Source: an uncultured Acidobacteriota bacterium | GTDB taxonomy: Bacteria; Acidobacteriota; Vicinamibacteria; Fen-336 | Assembly: GCA_963720545.1 (NCBI GenBank) | Contig: OY970399.1 | Coordinates: forward strand, 704,001 to 768,000 | DNA length: 64,000 nucleotides | Direction: 5' to 3' | Shown here: piece after piece, positions 23,245 to 37,719 of the stretch | How the letters are laid out: each line of letters begins with the position of its first letter | Position numbering within the stretch: position 1 is the first letter of the stretch | Notes under the pieces: model-generated | What the model was told of the DNA's origin: nothing | What the model saw: the letters and a program-made list of their open reading frames with translations, nothing else | Database searches by the model: none | Translations under genes and position numbers: made by a program

Positions 23245-23272
23245 GGGGCGGAGAGTATAGGCGGCATCCTCC

Positions 23273-25279
23273 TCACAGTGCGAGGCCGGGATCGCCCTCG
23301 ATGACACGCTGCTCGAGGGCCGGAGCCACGCCCTTGCGCCACAGCGCCACCTTGTGCGTCACGCGGTAGCGGAGCGGGCCGCCGTCATTGCCCTCGCTGC
23401 GCTCGAGCGGGCGCGGGATGCAGACGAATTCGCAAATGGCTTCCTCGGGCGACACCCGCAGCGTCGAGTACCCGTGGCCGCCCATGTCGACGAAGCGCAG
23501 GTGCGGCGAGAGGTCGGGGTTCGACACCGCACGCGCAGCCGCGGCGTCGCCGCTCTTCTGGAACTCGAGGCAGGAGCGCACGCCGTGGTGCAGCAGCAAG
23601 TTGACGGCGGGCAGCGGCTTGTCGGCGCCGCGATCGGCGACGTACAGGGGCCGCAGGGGGTGGTCTTTCGGGAAGCGATGTTCGAACGCCTCGACGAGGC
23701 CGGGCGCGGAGATCGAGCCGGTGACGAAGGCGGCGCCGACCGGTTCGAAGGCGCGCGGCGGCAGGTCCTTCGCAGACAGGCCCGCCCAGAAGCTGTGGCG
23801 GTCGCCCGAGACCGTGATGAAGCCGGTGATGCCGCGATCCTTGATCGCGTCGTAGACGACTCCGCGCTCGTTGTAGGCGGTGCCGTAGTCGCCGCCGCCG
23901 CCGAAGCACGCGTAGCCGGCGCTCGCCGGCCACGGCTTACCGGTGCCTTGCGGCAGGTTCTGCGGATCGGCCCGCCAGTCGAGCGTGCCCGAGGAGCAGC
24001 CCCACACTTTCCAGGTGGCGGACGACGTGCGCAGTTTGTCGAGAAACCACGCGCGCTGGGCCGGGCCGAGGATCGTCTGCGGCAGTCGCGCATCGAGTTT
24101 GCGCATCGCCTCCTCAGAGACGAGTTCCGGAAAGTCGTCGCTCGTCAGGTCGGGCGCCGACATGCTCGGCTCCTCCGAGCGGTGCGAGTACTGGTCGGTG
24201 ATGATCAGGTCGAGGTTCCGGCCCCAGCGGAGGTTGCGATAGGGCGAGAGGCTCTCGATTGCCGCGAGATTGCCCGGCTCCAGGCCGAGGCCGTGGTCGT
24301 CGAACTTCTCGATCGGCGCGTCTTTCACCGCCGGCGCCTCGAAGCGTTCGAGCGACGGCCCGCCGGCTTTGCGGATGCGCGCGGGCTGATACTCGAACCA
24401 GGCCTGGTTGGCGGCGACCTTGCGCGTCTGCATCGCGCGCAGCTTGCCTTCGAAGCGCTGGAACGACTGGAAGCCGAGCCACGAGAACTCGTGGTTGTCC
24501 CAGATGGGAACGAACGGAAAACGCGCGCGCGCGTCCTGGATGTCGGGATCCTGGAGGTAGGCGCGGTACAGGGCGCGGTAGTCCGCGACGCTCACCGGGA
24601 TGTGCCAGCCCATCACCTTCTCGCCCTCGGGATAGTGCACCAGGTCGCGGAGGCGCCGGTCGTAGCGCTGGCGCACCGGGCGGTCCTCGGGATACTCGAC
24701 CACCTCGTAGACGAAGTCGCCGAGGTGCAGCACGAACGCGAGCTGCTCGGCCGCCGATGCCGCCTCGTCCTCGTGGATCATCCGCCGATACGCGTTCTGC
24801 GCGCCTTCGTTGATGTTCTGGCAGCTGACGAAGGCAAATCGCACCGGCGCCGTGTCGTCGTCGGCGGCGGCGGTGCGGGTGCGACCGATGCGGCTGCCGT
24901 CGCCCTTCTCGGTGATGAAGCGGTACCAGTAGACACGCGCCGGCTGCAGCCCGGCGACCAGCACGCGGCAGGTGTGGTCCGCAGCTGCCAGAGCCCGCGT
25001 CTTCGCGCGCGCGACCACGCGCGCGAACGCTTCGTCCTCCGCCACCTCGACGCGCAGCGCGACATCTTCCGCGGGCGACGGTGCGCCGACACGGGTCCAC
25101 AGCAGCACGCTGTCGGCCGCCGGGTCGCCCGAGGCGACGCCCTCCTTGAACAGCTCGCGCCGCTCCCGCCATCCGCTGGTGGACGGCGAGGGTCGGGCGG
25201 AGCCGCGGGCCCAGGCGACGGTCGCGCCCATGGCCGCGGCCGCGCTGGCGATGAACTCACGGCGGCCGATGCGTGTCAT
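23273..25279 (-). CDS. phoD: Alkaline phosphatase D, Tat-exported
   Basis: GRREFI Tat signal; GVASGDP, HLGDFVYE, WDNHE, SGDRH. Confidence 0.9.
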   Translation of the reverse strand: MTRIGRREFIASAAAAMGATVAWARGSARPSPSTSGWRERRELFKEGVASGDPAADSVLLWTRVGAPSPAEDVALRVEVAEDEAFARVVARAKTRALAAADHTCRVLVAGLQPARVYWYRFITEKGDGSRIGRTRTAAADDDTAPVRFAFVSCQNINEGAQNAYRRMIHEDEAASAAEQLAFVLHLGDFVYEVVEYPEDRPVRQRYDRRLRDLVHYPEGEKVMGWHIPVSVADYRALYRAYLQDPDIQDARARFPFVPIWDNHEFSWLGFQSFQRFEGKLRAMQTRKVAANQAWFEYQPARIRKAGGPSLERFEAPAVKDAPIEKFDDHGLGLEPGNLAAIESLSPYRNLRWGRNLDLIITDQYSHRSEEPSMSAPDLTSDDFPELVSEEAMRKLDARLPQTILGPAQRAWFLDKLRTSSATWKVWGCSSGTLDWRADPQNLPQGTGKPWPASAGYACFGGGGDYGTAYNERGVVYDAIKDRGITGFITVSGDRHSFWAGLSAKDLPPRAFEPVGAAFVTGSISAPGLVEAFEHRFPKDHPLRPLYVADRGADKPLPAVNLLLHHGVRSCLEFQKSGDAAAARAVSNPDLSPHLRFVDMGGHGYSTLRVSPEEAICEFVCIPRPLERSEGNDGGPLRYRVTHKVALWRKGVAPALEQRVIEGDPGLAL

Positions 25280-25358
25280 GACTCCGACTCTACCCGCGCC
25301 TCTTCAGCGCGGCCGCGACGCCTTGATGCGGCATACTGGATGGTGAAAGGATCAGGCC

Positions 25359-25646
25359 ATGTGCCGAAACATCAAGACACTCTTCAATTTCGAGCCGCCC
25401 GCCACGGATGACGAGGTGCAGGCGGCTTCGCTGCAGTTCGTGCGCAAGCTCAGCGGAATGAACGCCCCGTCGAAGGCCAACAGCGCCGCGTTCGCACGCG
25501 CGGTCGCCGACGTCACCTCGGTAGCTCGCCGCCTGGTGGACGACCTGGTGCCGAGCGCGAAGCCGCGCAACCGCGAAGAAGTTGCCGCTGCGGCGCGCGA
25601 GCGCAACCTGAAGCGCTTCGGCACCCCGTCGAACGCGAGGGCCTGA
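25359..25646 (+). CDS. DUF2277 family protein
   Basis: MCRNIKTLFNFEPPATDDEVQAASLQFVRKLSG. Confidence 0.9.
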   Translation: MCRNIKTLFNFEPPATDDEVQAASLQFVRKLSGMNAPSKANSAAFARAVADVTSVARRLVDDLVPSAKPRNREEVAAAARERNLKRFGTPSNARA

Positions 25647-25832
25647 GCCGCCCCTGCCCTCAGCAGCACCGGCCCGCGCGGTACCGCGACTGCCAGCGGC
25701 GGGTCGAGAACCGGTGCCATTCGGCGGCCGAATGCGGCGCGCCTGTGTGCGCCAGGTGGCGTTCATAGCCGCTCTCGTCGCCGAGGAAACGCAGCAGCCG
25801 CATGATGCCGCGCGCCAGCTCCGCAAGCCGCT

Positions 25833-27915
25833 TCACAACGCCTCCGCTGCGAGCTGCGTGCGCACGTTAGGCGCCTCGCACAGGGCCGCGGACCGCGTGC
25901 CGCGCAGGATGCCGGCCCAGACGCGGACCGAGTCGGCAAGGATCACCGCCACCAACACCACGAACACCGCGCACACAGCCGCGTCGAGGCGCGCATTGAA
26001 GATGAGCGCGCGTGTCTCGGCCACCTTTGCCGCCGCCACGGTGCCGGCGTCGAGCGCCGCCTGCAGGCTGTCGGCCTGCGCCAGGAAACCGAGCCGCGGC
26101 GACGGCGAGAAGATCTTCTGGTACGACGCGGTGAAGGTGACGGTCACGAGCCACGCCAGCGGGGCGCACGTCACCCACATGTAGCGGGCGCGGTGCATCT
26201 TGACCAGGATGGTGGTGCGCGACGCACGAGCGCGATGGCGGCAAGCAGCTGGTTGGCGATGCCGAACAGCGGCCACAGCGAGTTGATGCCGCCGAGCGGA
26301 TCGCGCACGCCCTGGATCAGGAAGTAGCCCCACGCCAGCGACGATCGCGGCGCTCGACAGCGATGCACGCCCGGCATCCAGCTGGTCGAGCCGAGCTTCG
26401 GGTGCACGTTGCCCGAGCAGGTCCTGCAGCATGAAGCGCCCGACGCGCGTGCCGGCGTCGATGATCGTGAGGATGAAGAGCGCCTCGAACATGATGGCGA
26501 AGTGGTACCAGAAGCCGAGCACCGCGTCGCCGCCGCCGACCCGCGAGAAGATGTGCGCCATGCCGAGCGCGAGCGACGGCGCGCCGCCGGTGCGGTAGAA
26601 CAGCGTCGACTCGCCGACGTCGCTGCGCGAGCGCCGCCATCTGTCTGCGACGGTCACCGGAAAGCCCCAGGCGCTGATGGTCGCGACCGCCGCGTCCGGC
26701 GTGCGCGCCGACGACGCCCGGCGGCGAGTTGACCGCGAAGTAGACGCCCGGGCTGCAGCACGCAGGCGGCGATCATCGCCATGATCGCGACGAAGCTCTC
26801 GAGCAGCATCGAGCCGTAGCCGACCGGCCACGCGTGCCATTCGCGCGCGATCATCTTCGGCGTCGTGCCCGAGGAGATCAGCGAGTGGAACCCGGAGATG
26901 GCGCCGCAGGCGATGGTGATGAAGCAGAAGGGAAAGATCTTGCCGGCGAAGATCGGCCCGTTGCCGTCGGCGAAGCGCGTGAACGCGGGCAGCTGCAGGT
27001 CGGGCCGCACGAACAGGATGCCGACCGCCGAGCATGAGGACGACGCCGAGCTTCACGAAGGTGCTGAGGTAGTCGCGCGGCGCGAGCAGCAGCCAGACCG
27101 GCAGCGCGCTCGCGAAGAAGCCGTAGACGATGACCGCGATCGCGAGGCCATCGCCGAGAGCGTGAAGCATCGGCGCGAAGCGTGGCCGAGCTGCGCCACC
27201 CACTCGCCGCCGAAGATGCTCGGCGACCACCAGCACGAAGCCGATCAGCGAGCATCTCGAGCACCTTGCCGGGACGCCAGTAGCGCAGGTAGAGGCCCAT
27301 GAAGATCGCGATCGGCATGGTGGCGGCGATGGTGAAGGTGCCCCACGGGCTGCCTTTCAGCGCGTTCACCACCACCAGCGCGACCACCGCCAGCAGGATG
27401 ATCATGATGAGCAGCACGGTGAGCGAGCGCGATGAAGCCGCCCACCTTGCCGATCTCCTCGCGCGCCATCTGGCCGAGCGACTTGCCGTCGCGGCGCATG
27501 GAAGCAGAAGAGGATGACGAAGTCCTGCACGCAGCCGCCGAGCACCGCGCCGACGATGATCCACAGGGTCCCCGGCAGATAGCCGAACTGCGCCGCCAGC
27601 GTCGGCCCGACCAGCGGGCCGGGGCCGGCGATGGCGGCGAAGTGGTGGCCGAACACGATCCACTTGTTGGTGGGCTCGAAGTCGTGGCCGTTGCGCAGGC
27701 GCTCGGCCGGCGTGGCGCGGCTGTCGTCGAGCGCCATCACGCGCGCGGCGATGAAGTTGCGCGTAGAAGCGGAAGCCGACGAAGTAGGTGCAGGCCGCCG
27801 CGATCACCAGCCAGATGCTGTTGACGGGTTCGCCGCGATCGATGGCGATGGCGCCGAGGCTGAGCGCCGACAGCACGGCGCAGGCGGCGAGAAATGCCCG
27901 GGCGCGCAGGCTCAT
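25833..27915 (-). pseudogene. cstA: Carbon starvation protein A, many frameshifts
   Basis: [61 protein letters not shown] spread over several frames. Confidence 0.88.
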
Positions 27916-27922
27916 GCGCAGG

Positions 27923-29455
27923 TTATACGTGAGCGCGCGGCAATTTGGAAACTGCGGCCTCGCGCAGCACCGCGCGCAGGCGCAGCACGCCCTCGCGCAG
28001 GTCCGGCTCGCGGATGCCGCTGAAGCCGAGCATCAGGCCGGGGCGCAACCGGCGGCGCACCGCCCAGCCCGACATCGGCAGTGCGTCGACGCCGCGCTCG
28101 GCCAGTACGGCGCATAAACGCTTGTCGTTCCAGCGTCCGGCGCCGCGGCCGCCGGTGCGCGGCCGCAGCCACGCGATCAGGTTCATGCCGGCGTCGGGCG
28201 CGTCGATGTCGCACCACTGCCCCACCTGGCGGCGCAGCAGCCGCACCAGCAGCGCGCGCCGCTCGCGATAGATATTGCGCATGCGGCGGACGTGGCGTTC
28301 GAAGTGGCCGCCCGCGATGAAGTCGGCGGCCACCCCCTGGATGAGCGCTGGCGGCGCGAAATCCATCAGGCGGCGCACCGCCGTGAACGTGTCGACGAGC
28401 GCCTCGGGCACCACGAGATAGCCGAGCCGCAGCCCCGGCAGAAGCACCTTGCTGAAGGTGCCCGCGAAGATCACGCGGCCGTGCGCATCGAGCCCCTGCA
28501 ACGACGAGAGCGGGCGGCCCTTGTAGCGAAACTCGCTGTCGTAGTCGTCCTCGAGGATGAAGCTCTTGCGCGCCGCCGCCCATGCGAGGAGCGCGAGGCG
28601 CCGGGGCAAGCTCAGTGTCACGCCGAGAGGCAGCTGGCGTGCCGGCGTCACGAACGCGAGGCGCGCGTCCGGGCAGCGCGCGATGCCGGCGGCGACGTCG
28701 ATGCCCTCGCCATCGACGGGCACCGGCACCAGCCGCGCGCCCGCCGCGACGAAGGCGCCGGCCGCGCCGAAATAGCCGGGATCCTCCATCCACACCGCGT
28801 CGCCAGGATCGAGCAGCGACCGTGCCGCGAGGTCCACGCCCTGCTGCGAGCCGGCGGTGACAATTACCTGGCCGCTGCCGCAGCGCACGCCGCGCGATGC
28901 GGACAGGTACGAGGCGATCGCCGCGCGCAGCTCGGGCAGGCCGCGCGGATCGCTGTAGGCGAGCGACGAGGGCGTCGAGGTCCGCCAGCGGCGCGCCGCG
29001 AGCCGTCCCCAGAGCGCCATCGGAAAAACGTCGAGCGCCGGGACGCTGGTGCGAAAGGCGCGCGCGGGCCTGCCCGAAACCGGCGGGAAACGCGCCGACG
29101 CGGCCGCGATGAGCCGGGCGCGGCGCGAGGCCGGCGCGGTCTTCCTGCGCGACACCGGTGCGGCGACAACCTCGGCCCTCGCAGCGGCACGGATGGAGCG
29201 CTCGGGAAGCGACGCCGCCACGCGCGTCGTACCGCGCGCGAGGCCGTCGATGTAACCCTCCGAGCGCAGCAGGTCGTAGGCCAGCACCGCCGTCTCGCGC
29301 GCGACCGCCAATTCCTCCGCCAGCTCGCGCGAGGACGGCAGCCGCTGGCCGGCGCCGAGACGGCCGGCGAGGATGGCGCCGCGGAAGTGTTCGTAGATCT
29401 GCCGGTGCAGCGGCGTCCCGAGCCGCCGGTCGAGGCTCGGGAGGAGCGGCGTCAT
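27923..29455 (-). CDS. MocR/GabR-family GntR regulator with PLP aminotransferase domain
   Basis: [40 protein letters not shown]. Confidence 0.92.
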   Translation of the reverse strand: MTPLLPSLDRRLGTPLHRQIYEHFRGAILAGRLGAGQRLPSSRELAEELAVARETAVLAYDLLRSEGYIDGLARGTTRVAASLPERSIRAAARAEVVAAPVSRRKTAPASRRARLIAAASARFPPVSGRPARAFRTSVPALDVFPMALWGRLAARRWRTSTPSSLAYSDPRGLPELRAAIASYLSASRGVRCGSGQVIVTAGSQQGVDLAARSLLDPGDAVWMEDPGYFGAAGAFVAAGARLVPVPVDGEGIDVAAGIARCPDARLAFVTPARQLPLGVTLSLPRRLALLAWAAARKSFILEDDYDSEFRYKGRPLSSLQGLDAHGRVIFAGTFSKVLLPGLRLGYLVVPEALVDTFTAVRRLMDFAPPALIQGVAADFIAGGHFERHVRRMRNIYRERRALLVRLLRRQVGQWCDIDAPDAGMNLIAWLRPRTGGRGAGRWNDKRLCAVLAERGVDALPMSGWAVRRRLRPGLMLGFSGIREPDLREGVLRLRAVLREAAVSKLPRAHV

Positions 29456-29471
29456 CAGGTTTTGAGGCGGG

Positions 29472-30428
29472 CTACGCCTTCCCGACTCCCTCGTCGGCCG
29501 ACGGACCGTAGTTGGCCGGAAGTCCCTCGACCTGCGCGATGTGGTGGTCGTCGTGCCCGGCGATGAACTCCGCGACCTGCTCGATCGTCATCTCGCCCCG
29601 CTTGGGGTGCATGCCCGTGCGCTGCCAGGCCGCGGCCGGCAGCGCTCGCAGCAAGTTGACGAGCTCCTCGCGCCGCCGCCGGAATTCGCGCGCAACCGCG
29701 ACCGGGTCGGCATCCGCGTAGCGCAGCTTCTCGGTGAGCCTGGGGTTGTCCGTGACCCACCAGGCCGGCTTCTCGGTGAAGGCGGTGTTCGAAACGCGCG
29801 CGGCGAACACGCGGTCGGTGTCGCGCACGTGGCAGCCGATCGCGATCGCGGGCCACTTCCCGGGCTGCGGCGGGCGGCGCAGCGCTTCGGCAGAGAAGCC
29901 CAGCAGCGCCTTCGCGAGGCGCGCCGGCGCCGCTTCGAGGCGGCCGAGCAGAGCGTGGCGCTTCTTGATCGCCTCGATCTGCGCCAGGTGGGCCTCGTCG
30001 TTGCCCACCGCATGGCGGCGTAGCAGATCGTCGACGCTGAGCCGTCCCGAAGTCGGATGGACACCGCCGCGCGCCCACTGGTCGGCCTTGGTCCGCACCA
30101 GCGTTTTCAGGCTTTCGCGGCGCAGCCGCTTCCAGTCCTTCACCACGTCGCCGAGGCGGGCCGAGCGGTAGTCCTCCTCGAGCGCCAGCACGTCGCCATC
30201 GATGTCGGGCAGCTGCGGCTCGTCTTCGGCGAGGATGCGCCGGTAGCGGTCGAGGTAGGCGTCGCGCTCCATGTCGCGCATGTGCACGACGATCTCCTGG
30301 ATCGACCATTTGCCCGGCGCCGGCGCCCACAGCAGCACGGATTTCGGTACGCCCTTCAAGGCGTCGCGCAGCCGGTTCGGCGTGGCGCGCAGGGTCTGGA
30401 TGTGATGCTGGCGGTCGGGATCGCTCAT
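29472..30428 (-). CDS. Tandem-domain DinB family protein
   Basis: Two repeats of PGKW..H.RD....H/ND..H. Confidence 0.82.
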   Translation of the reverse strand: MSDPDRQHHIQTLRATPNRLRDALKGVPKSVLLWAPAPGKWSIQEIVVHMRDMERDAYLDRYRRILAEDEPQLPDIDGDVLALEEDYRSARLGDVVKDWKRLRRESLKTLVRTKADQWARGGVHPTSGRLSVDDLLRRHAVGNDEAHLAQIEAIKKRHALLGRLEAAPARLAKALLGFSAEALRRPPQPGKWPAIAIGCHVRDTDRVFAARVSNTAFTEKPAWWVTDNPRLTEKLRYADADPVAVAREFRRRREELVNLLRALPAAAWQRTGMHPKRGEMTIEQVAEFIAGHDDHHIAQVEGLPANYGPSADEGVGKA

Positions 30429-30472
30429 GCGGTGATTTTACGCCGTTGCCGCGTCCCTGCTGCCCCGACCGG

Positions 30473-30603
30473 CGTTTTCCCGAGGGAGTCAAACGCTTGC
30501 GCCGCGCGACCCCGCCGTTTTCCCGAGGAAGGCAACGCGTGCGTCGCGACCCCCTTCGTTTTCCCGAGGGAGTCAACGCTTGCGCTGCGACCGAGGGATC
30601 TCC
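30473..30603. repeat. Three tandem copies (43/41-bp spacing) of a REP-like unit
   Basis: Core CGTTTTCCCGAGG at 30473, 30516, 30557. Confidence 0.85.
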
Positions 30604-30633
30604 GTAACCTGCTAAGCTTCGAAGAGAGGTTTC
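30604..30633. promoter_or_regulatory. Putative CGNR-regulator operator GTAAC-N20-GTTTC
   Basis: Ends 2 nt before the GTG start; same architecture at 33494 and 33542. Confidence 0.6.
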
Positions 30634-30634
30634 C

Positions 30635-31273
30635 GTGACGAGCACCATCACAAAGCGGGCGCAGCCGGACGCGGGCTGGAAACTGGTCGGGGGCGCGCCG
30701 AGCCTCGACTTCGTCAACACCGTCGGCGCGCGCGTAGACGACCGCGTGCAGCGCGACTTCCTGCCCGGCTACGACTGGCTCGCGCGCTGGAGCGCCTACG
30801 CCGGGGTCGCGACCGCCGCCGAGCGTGACCGGCTGCACGATCAGGCGCGGCGTTCGCCGGCAGGGGCAGGCGCGGCGCTGCGGCGCGGCGTGGCGCTGCG
30901 CGAGGCGATCTTTCGCATCGGTCAGGCGCTGGCCGCTGGCGGCGCGCCGCCGGCCCGCGACGTCTCGCTTCTCGACCGCGAGGTGCGCGAGGCACGGCGG
31001 CACCAGCGGCTGGTGGCGCGCGGCGGCACGCTCCAGAGCGCGTGGCGCCGCGACCCGAAGCGCCTCGACCGCATCCTGTGGCCGCTGGCGCTCGATGCCG
31101 CGGAGCTGTTCGGCTCGGAGCGGGTGCGCCGGCTGAAGCAGTGCGGCGGCAGCGAGTGCGGGTGGCTGTTCCTCGACACCACCCGCAACCACAGCCGTCA
31201 GTGGTGCGACATGGGCGACTGCGGCAACCTCGCCAAGGTGCGGCGCTTCCGCCAGCGGCTGCGCAGGAAGTAA
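30635..31273 (+). CDS. ABATE/CGNR zinc-finger domain transcriptional regulator
   Basis: LDFVNT..RLKQC...CGWLFLD..RNHSRQWCDMGDCGNLAKVRRFR. Confidence 0.92.
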   Translation: MTSTITKRAQPDAGWKLVGGAPSLDFVNTVGARVDDRVQRDFLPGYDWLARWSAYAGVATAAERDRLHDQARRSPAGAGAALRRGVALREAIFRIGQALAAGGAPPARDVSLLDREVREARRHQRLVARGGTLQSAWRRDPKRLDRILWPLALDAAELFGSERVRRLKQCGGSECGWLFLDTTRNHSRQWCDMGDCGNLAKVRRFRQRLRRK

Positions 31274-31276
31274 GAC

Positions 31277-33478
<2,202 letters not shown>

Positions 33479-33493
33479 GCGGCCGGCTCTTCT

Positions 33494-33571
33494 GTAACTG
33501 TCTATTTCAGTTAACACGGTTACACGCTACGAGACGCAGCTGTAACCTGTCAACTACCTTTTAGAAGTTAC
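33494..33571. promoter_or_regulatory. Two GTAAC-N20-GTTAC operator-like sites
   Basis: 33494-33523 and 33542-33571, upstream of the DUF5916 gene. Confidence 0.65.
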
Positions 33572-33583
33572 GGCCTAGTCGGA

Positions 33584-33631
33584 GGAGATCCCTCGGTCGC
33601 AGCGCAAGCGACTACTCCTTCGGGAAAACGA
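33584..33631. repeat. 48-bp inverted copy of 30556-30603
   Basis: 44/48 identical by manual alignment. Confidence 0.88.
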
Positions 33632-33638
33632 CCAAACG

Positions 33639-35060
<1,422 letters not shown>

Positions 35061-35105
35061 GTCCTATGTTACGCGAAACCCCCTAAATTAGCTTGTTTCA
35101 GGGAT

Positions 35106-37037
35106 TTACCAGCCCCCTCCGCCTCCGCCGCCGGACGAACTGCCGCCGCCTCCCCCGCCCCCTCCCGACGAACTCCCGCCGCTGCTGGAACTCGCGGCCG
35201 CCACGCCGGAACCCATCGCCGTTGCTCCCGCGACGAACGCCGCGGTCGCGCCCGCGCCGCCAAACGACCCGCCGCCGCCGGTCCAGCCGCCGGCACTGGA
35301 AGGCACCGACCTGCCGCCTGTCGACCAGCCGCCGGACGATCCCGCCCCGCCGGTGTAAGTCGAGGCCGCGGCAGTGCCGGCACCGCCGAACGCATGCATC
35401 CAGCGATCGACTTCGGGCGCGAGGCCAAGGCCAACGAACCACGGGAACCATCGATCCTGCAGGCGCGGCGTCTCTTTCGAGAGCTCCGCCTCGAAGAAGC
35501 GTCGGGCGAGCAGGTAGTCGCGCCGCTCGCCCAGGCTCTCCGCGGTCTCGTTGCTCGCCATGCGATTGACGAACGAGCGCGCGCACGCCGCGGCCATGAG
35601 GACGATGGCGATGAGGGAGGTCAATGGCAGCGCCGGCTCCGGCACGACGCGAAGCGCGATGAATGCGCCGATGGCACCCACGGTCACGCAGGCGAACAAG
35701 AGGCCGACGATGGGCAGAGCGACGTTCTTCCGCGAGAGCACTGTCGCGATGATCGCGGGCAGCGAGATGAACGCAACGGCGCCGACGCCGAACAGGCCGG
35801 CGCCTTCGTGCGATAGGAACACAGAAACGAAGGCGAGCACCACGGCGCTCACCGCGATGAGGGCTGTGACCTTAGGCGACTCCTTCTTCCCCGGCGCCTT
35901 CGTACCGCGCATGGCCGCGTCTATGCGCTCCACCGGGTTGAAGCCCGACTTGCGATAGTGCGCGCGGATCGACTGCATGTCGGTCGCCTCCCCGCGCCGG
36001 AAGAACAAGCCGTTGATCAGCGGGCGCACGTCGGATTCGATTTCCTTGATCGGCACCAGCAGGTCGAGGAACAGGTTGGAGCGGCCGAGCAGGCCTTTCT
36101 TCGGCGCGACCCGCGAGCGGATCTTGCCCTCCTGCACCAGCCGCGCCAGCACCGCGGCAACTTCGGTGGCGCCAACCTTGCGGTCCCAGACGGCGCCCAC
36201 GACCTCGGGCCGCTGGTGAAAGAGATGCGTCTCGAGCCATTCTTCGTCCACTTCCGAAAGCGGCGGCAGCGGCGCGAAGCGGCCGAGCTGGGCGTCGCGC
36301 CGGAAAAACCAGACGAGCCGTTCGAGGAATACGAGAGCGAGCGCAGCCACCGCGATCCACCCGTAGCGCGCGGGCAGCCGCGGCACCACCGCGCTCGCCG
36401 GCGCCCCGGCGCCGGTGAAACGCAGCGCGGCGCGGTAGACGTAGCCTCGGCCCGGTGCCAGGCGCACGTTCGCCACGGGCTCGAGCGGCGCCGCGGCCTG
36501 CCAGCCCGGACCGAGCTCGAGCCGCGCCGAGAAGCGTTCGATGGGACCCACCCGGTCGGCGAAGGCGAAATCGTGATCGAGCCGATAGGCGCCCGGCTGC
36601 GACGAGGTCAGCGCGCCCGTGTATCGGTACTCGATGCGGTACATCGCTTGCGTATGGTCGAACTCCGGATCGGTCGGCAGGCGGCTCCGCCAGCGCAGCA
36701 CGTTGCTGGAAGTCCAGTCGTAGCCGTTGACGACATCGAGATTGCCTCGAACCATCGGCGTCTCGCTGCCGGTGGCGGGGTCGACGCGCACCATGCTCAC
36801 GAGCTGCACCATCTGGCCCTTGTGAAGAGTGAAGATGCGCTCGCCGCCGTTCCAGTCGCCGGTGAACTCGATCGTCTGCGTTTCGCGCACCGAGAGGCTG
36901 CCGTCGCTCTCGAGGCGCGCTTCGACGTCGATCGCCGGCCAGAACAATTCGCGCGCACTCGCGGGCGCTGCGCCCAGGAGGGTAAAAGCCAGCGCTGCCA
37001 AGCGGACGGCGGGGCGAAGCCATGCTGTCGGGGCCAT
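35106..37037 (-). CDS. DUF2207 membrane protein
   Basis: DGSLSVRET N-terminus, TM helices, terminal SGGGGGGGW. Confidence 0.85.
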   Translation of the reverse strand: MAPTAWLRPAVRLAALAFTLLGAAPASARELFWPAIDVEARLESDGSLSVRETQTIEFTGDWNGGERIFTLHKGQMVQLVSMVRVDPATGSETPMVRGNLDVVNGYDWTSSNVLRWRSRLPTDPEFDHTQAMYRIEYRYTGALTSSQPGAYRLDHDFAFADRVGPIERFSARLELGPGWQAAAPLEPVANVRLAPGRGYVYRAALRFTGAGAPASAVVPRLPARYGWIAVAALALVFLERLVWFFRRDAQLGRFAPLPPLSEVDEEWLETHLFHQRPEVVGAVWDRKVGATEVAAVLARLVQEGKIRSRVAPKKGLLGRSNLFLDLLVPIKEIESDVRPLINGLFFRRGEATDMQSIRAHYRKSGFNPVERIDAAMRGTKAPGKKESPKVTALIAVSAVVLAFVSVFLSHEGAGLFGVGAVAFISLPAIIATVLSRKNVALPIVGLLFACVTVGAIGAFIALRVVPEPALPLTSLIAIVLMAAACARSFVNRMASNETAESLGERRDYLLARRFFEAELSKETPRLQDRWFPWFVGLGLAPEVDRWMHAFGGAGTAAASTYTGGAGSSGGWSTGGRSVPSSAGGWTGGGGSFGGAGATAAFVAGATAMGSGVAAASSSSGGSSSGGGGGGGGSSSGGGGGGGW

Positions 37038-37210
37038 TTGGCCCGCAGTCTACGCGCGCGGGTTCGGGCCGGCTGGGGGCGAAATCGCCGTAACAGGTGT
37101 GTCACAGGTTTCGTAGACAATGCGGACAGGTGGAGAAATCGTTGACTTTCGTTTTTTCTTCGCTTAGGGTGCTGGCTACGCCACGAGGCATTCAAGAAAG
37201 GACCGATCCC

Positions 37211-37696
37211 ATGAGCAACCTTGCGTTCTGCCTGGAGCGCCGGAAGGCCGAGCTGCCGGCCACCATCAAGGTCATCAAGGCCATCCCCGCCGACAAGATG
37301 GGCCACAAGCCAGAAGAGAAGGCGCGCACCGCGGGCGACCTCGCCTGGGTGCTGGCCGGTGAAGAAGAGAGTCTGGTCGCGTTGCTGGACAAGGGCGAGT
37401 TCGATTGGAAAGAGTCGGCCGCCCCCAAGAGCACAGATGAAATCGCGGCGCACCTCTCGAAGCACCATGAGCTCGTCAACGAGCGGTTGGCGAAGCTCGA
37501 CGAAGCCACGTGGGGCAAGCCGGGCAAGATGCTCTACGAGGGCCAGGTGGTCTGGACCGATACCGTCGGCAACATGGTGTGGGGCATGCTGTTCGACGGC
37601 ATCCACCACCGCGGCCAGCTCTCTACGTACCTGCGGCCGATGGGCTCGAAGGTGCCGGCGATCTACGGCCCGTCCGCCGACGATAGCGGCCAGTAG
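37211..37696 (+). CDS. DinB family protein
   Basis: IHHRGQLSTYLRPMGSKVPAIYGPSAD. Confidence 0.9.
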   Translation: MSNLAFCLERRKAELPATIKVIKAIPADKMGHKPEEKARTAGDLAWVLAGEEESLVALLDKGEFDWKESAAPKSTDEIAAHLSKHHELVNERLAKLDEATWGKPGKMLYEGQVVWTDTVGNMVWGMLFDGIHHRGQLSTYLRPMGSKVPAIYGPSADDSGQ

Positions 37697-37719
37697 CGCC
37701 CGTCGTAAGATCGCCGGGA

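Noticed and set aside
25833..27915. Programmed frameshifting in cstA
   Set aside because: Too many scattered shifts and no slippery sites seen.
30473..30603. Possible CRISPR array
   Set aside because: Linkers resemble each other and the conserved core is only ~13 bp; better explained as a REP-like tandem.
35106..35360. GGC-rich low-complexity repeat
   Set aside because: It encodes the usual Gly-rich tail of DUF2207 proteins.
37090..37112. GTAAC...GTTTC upstream of the DinB gene as a fourth CGNR site
   Set aside because: Spacer is 13 nt, not 20.
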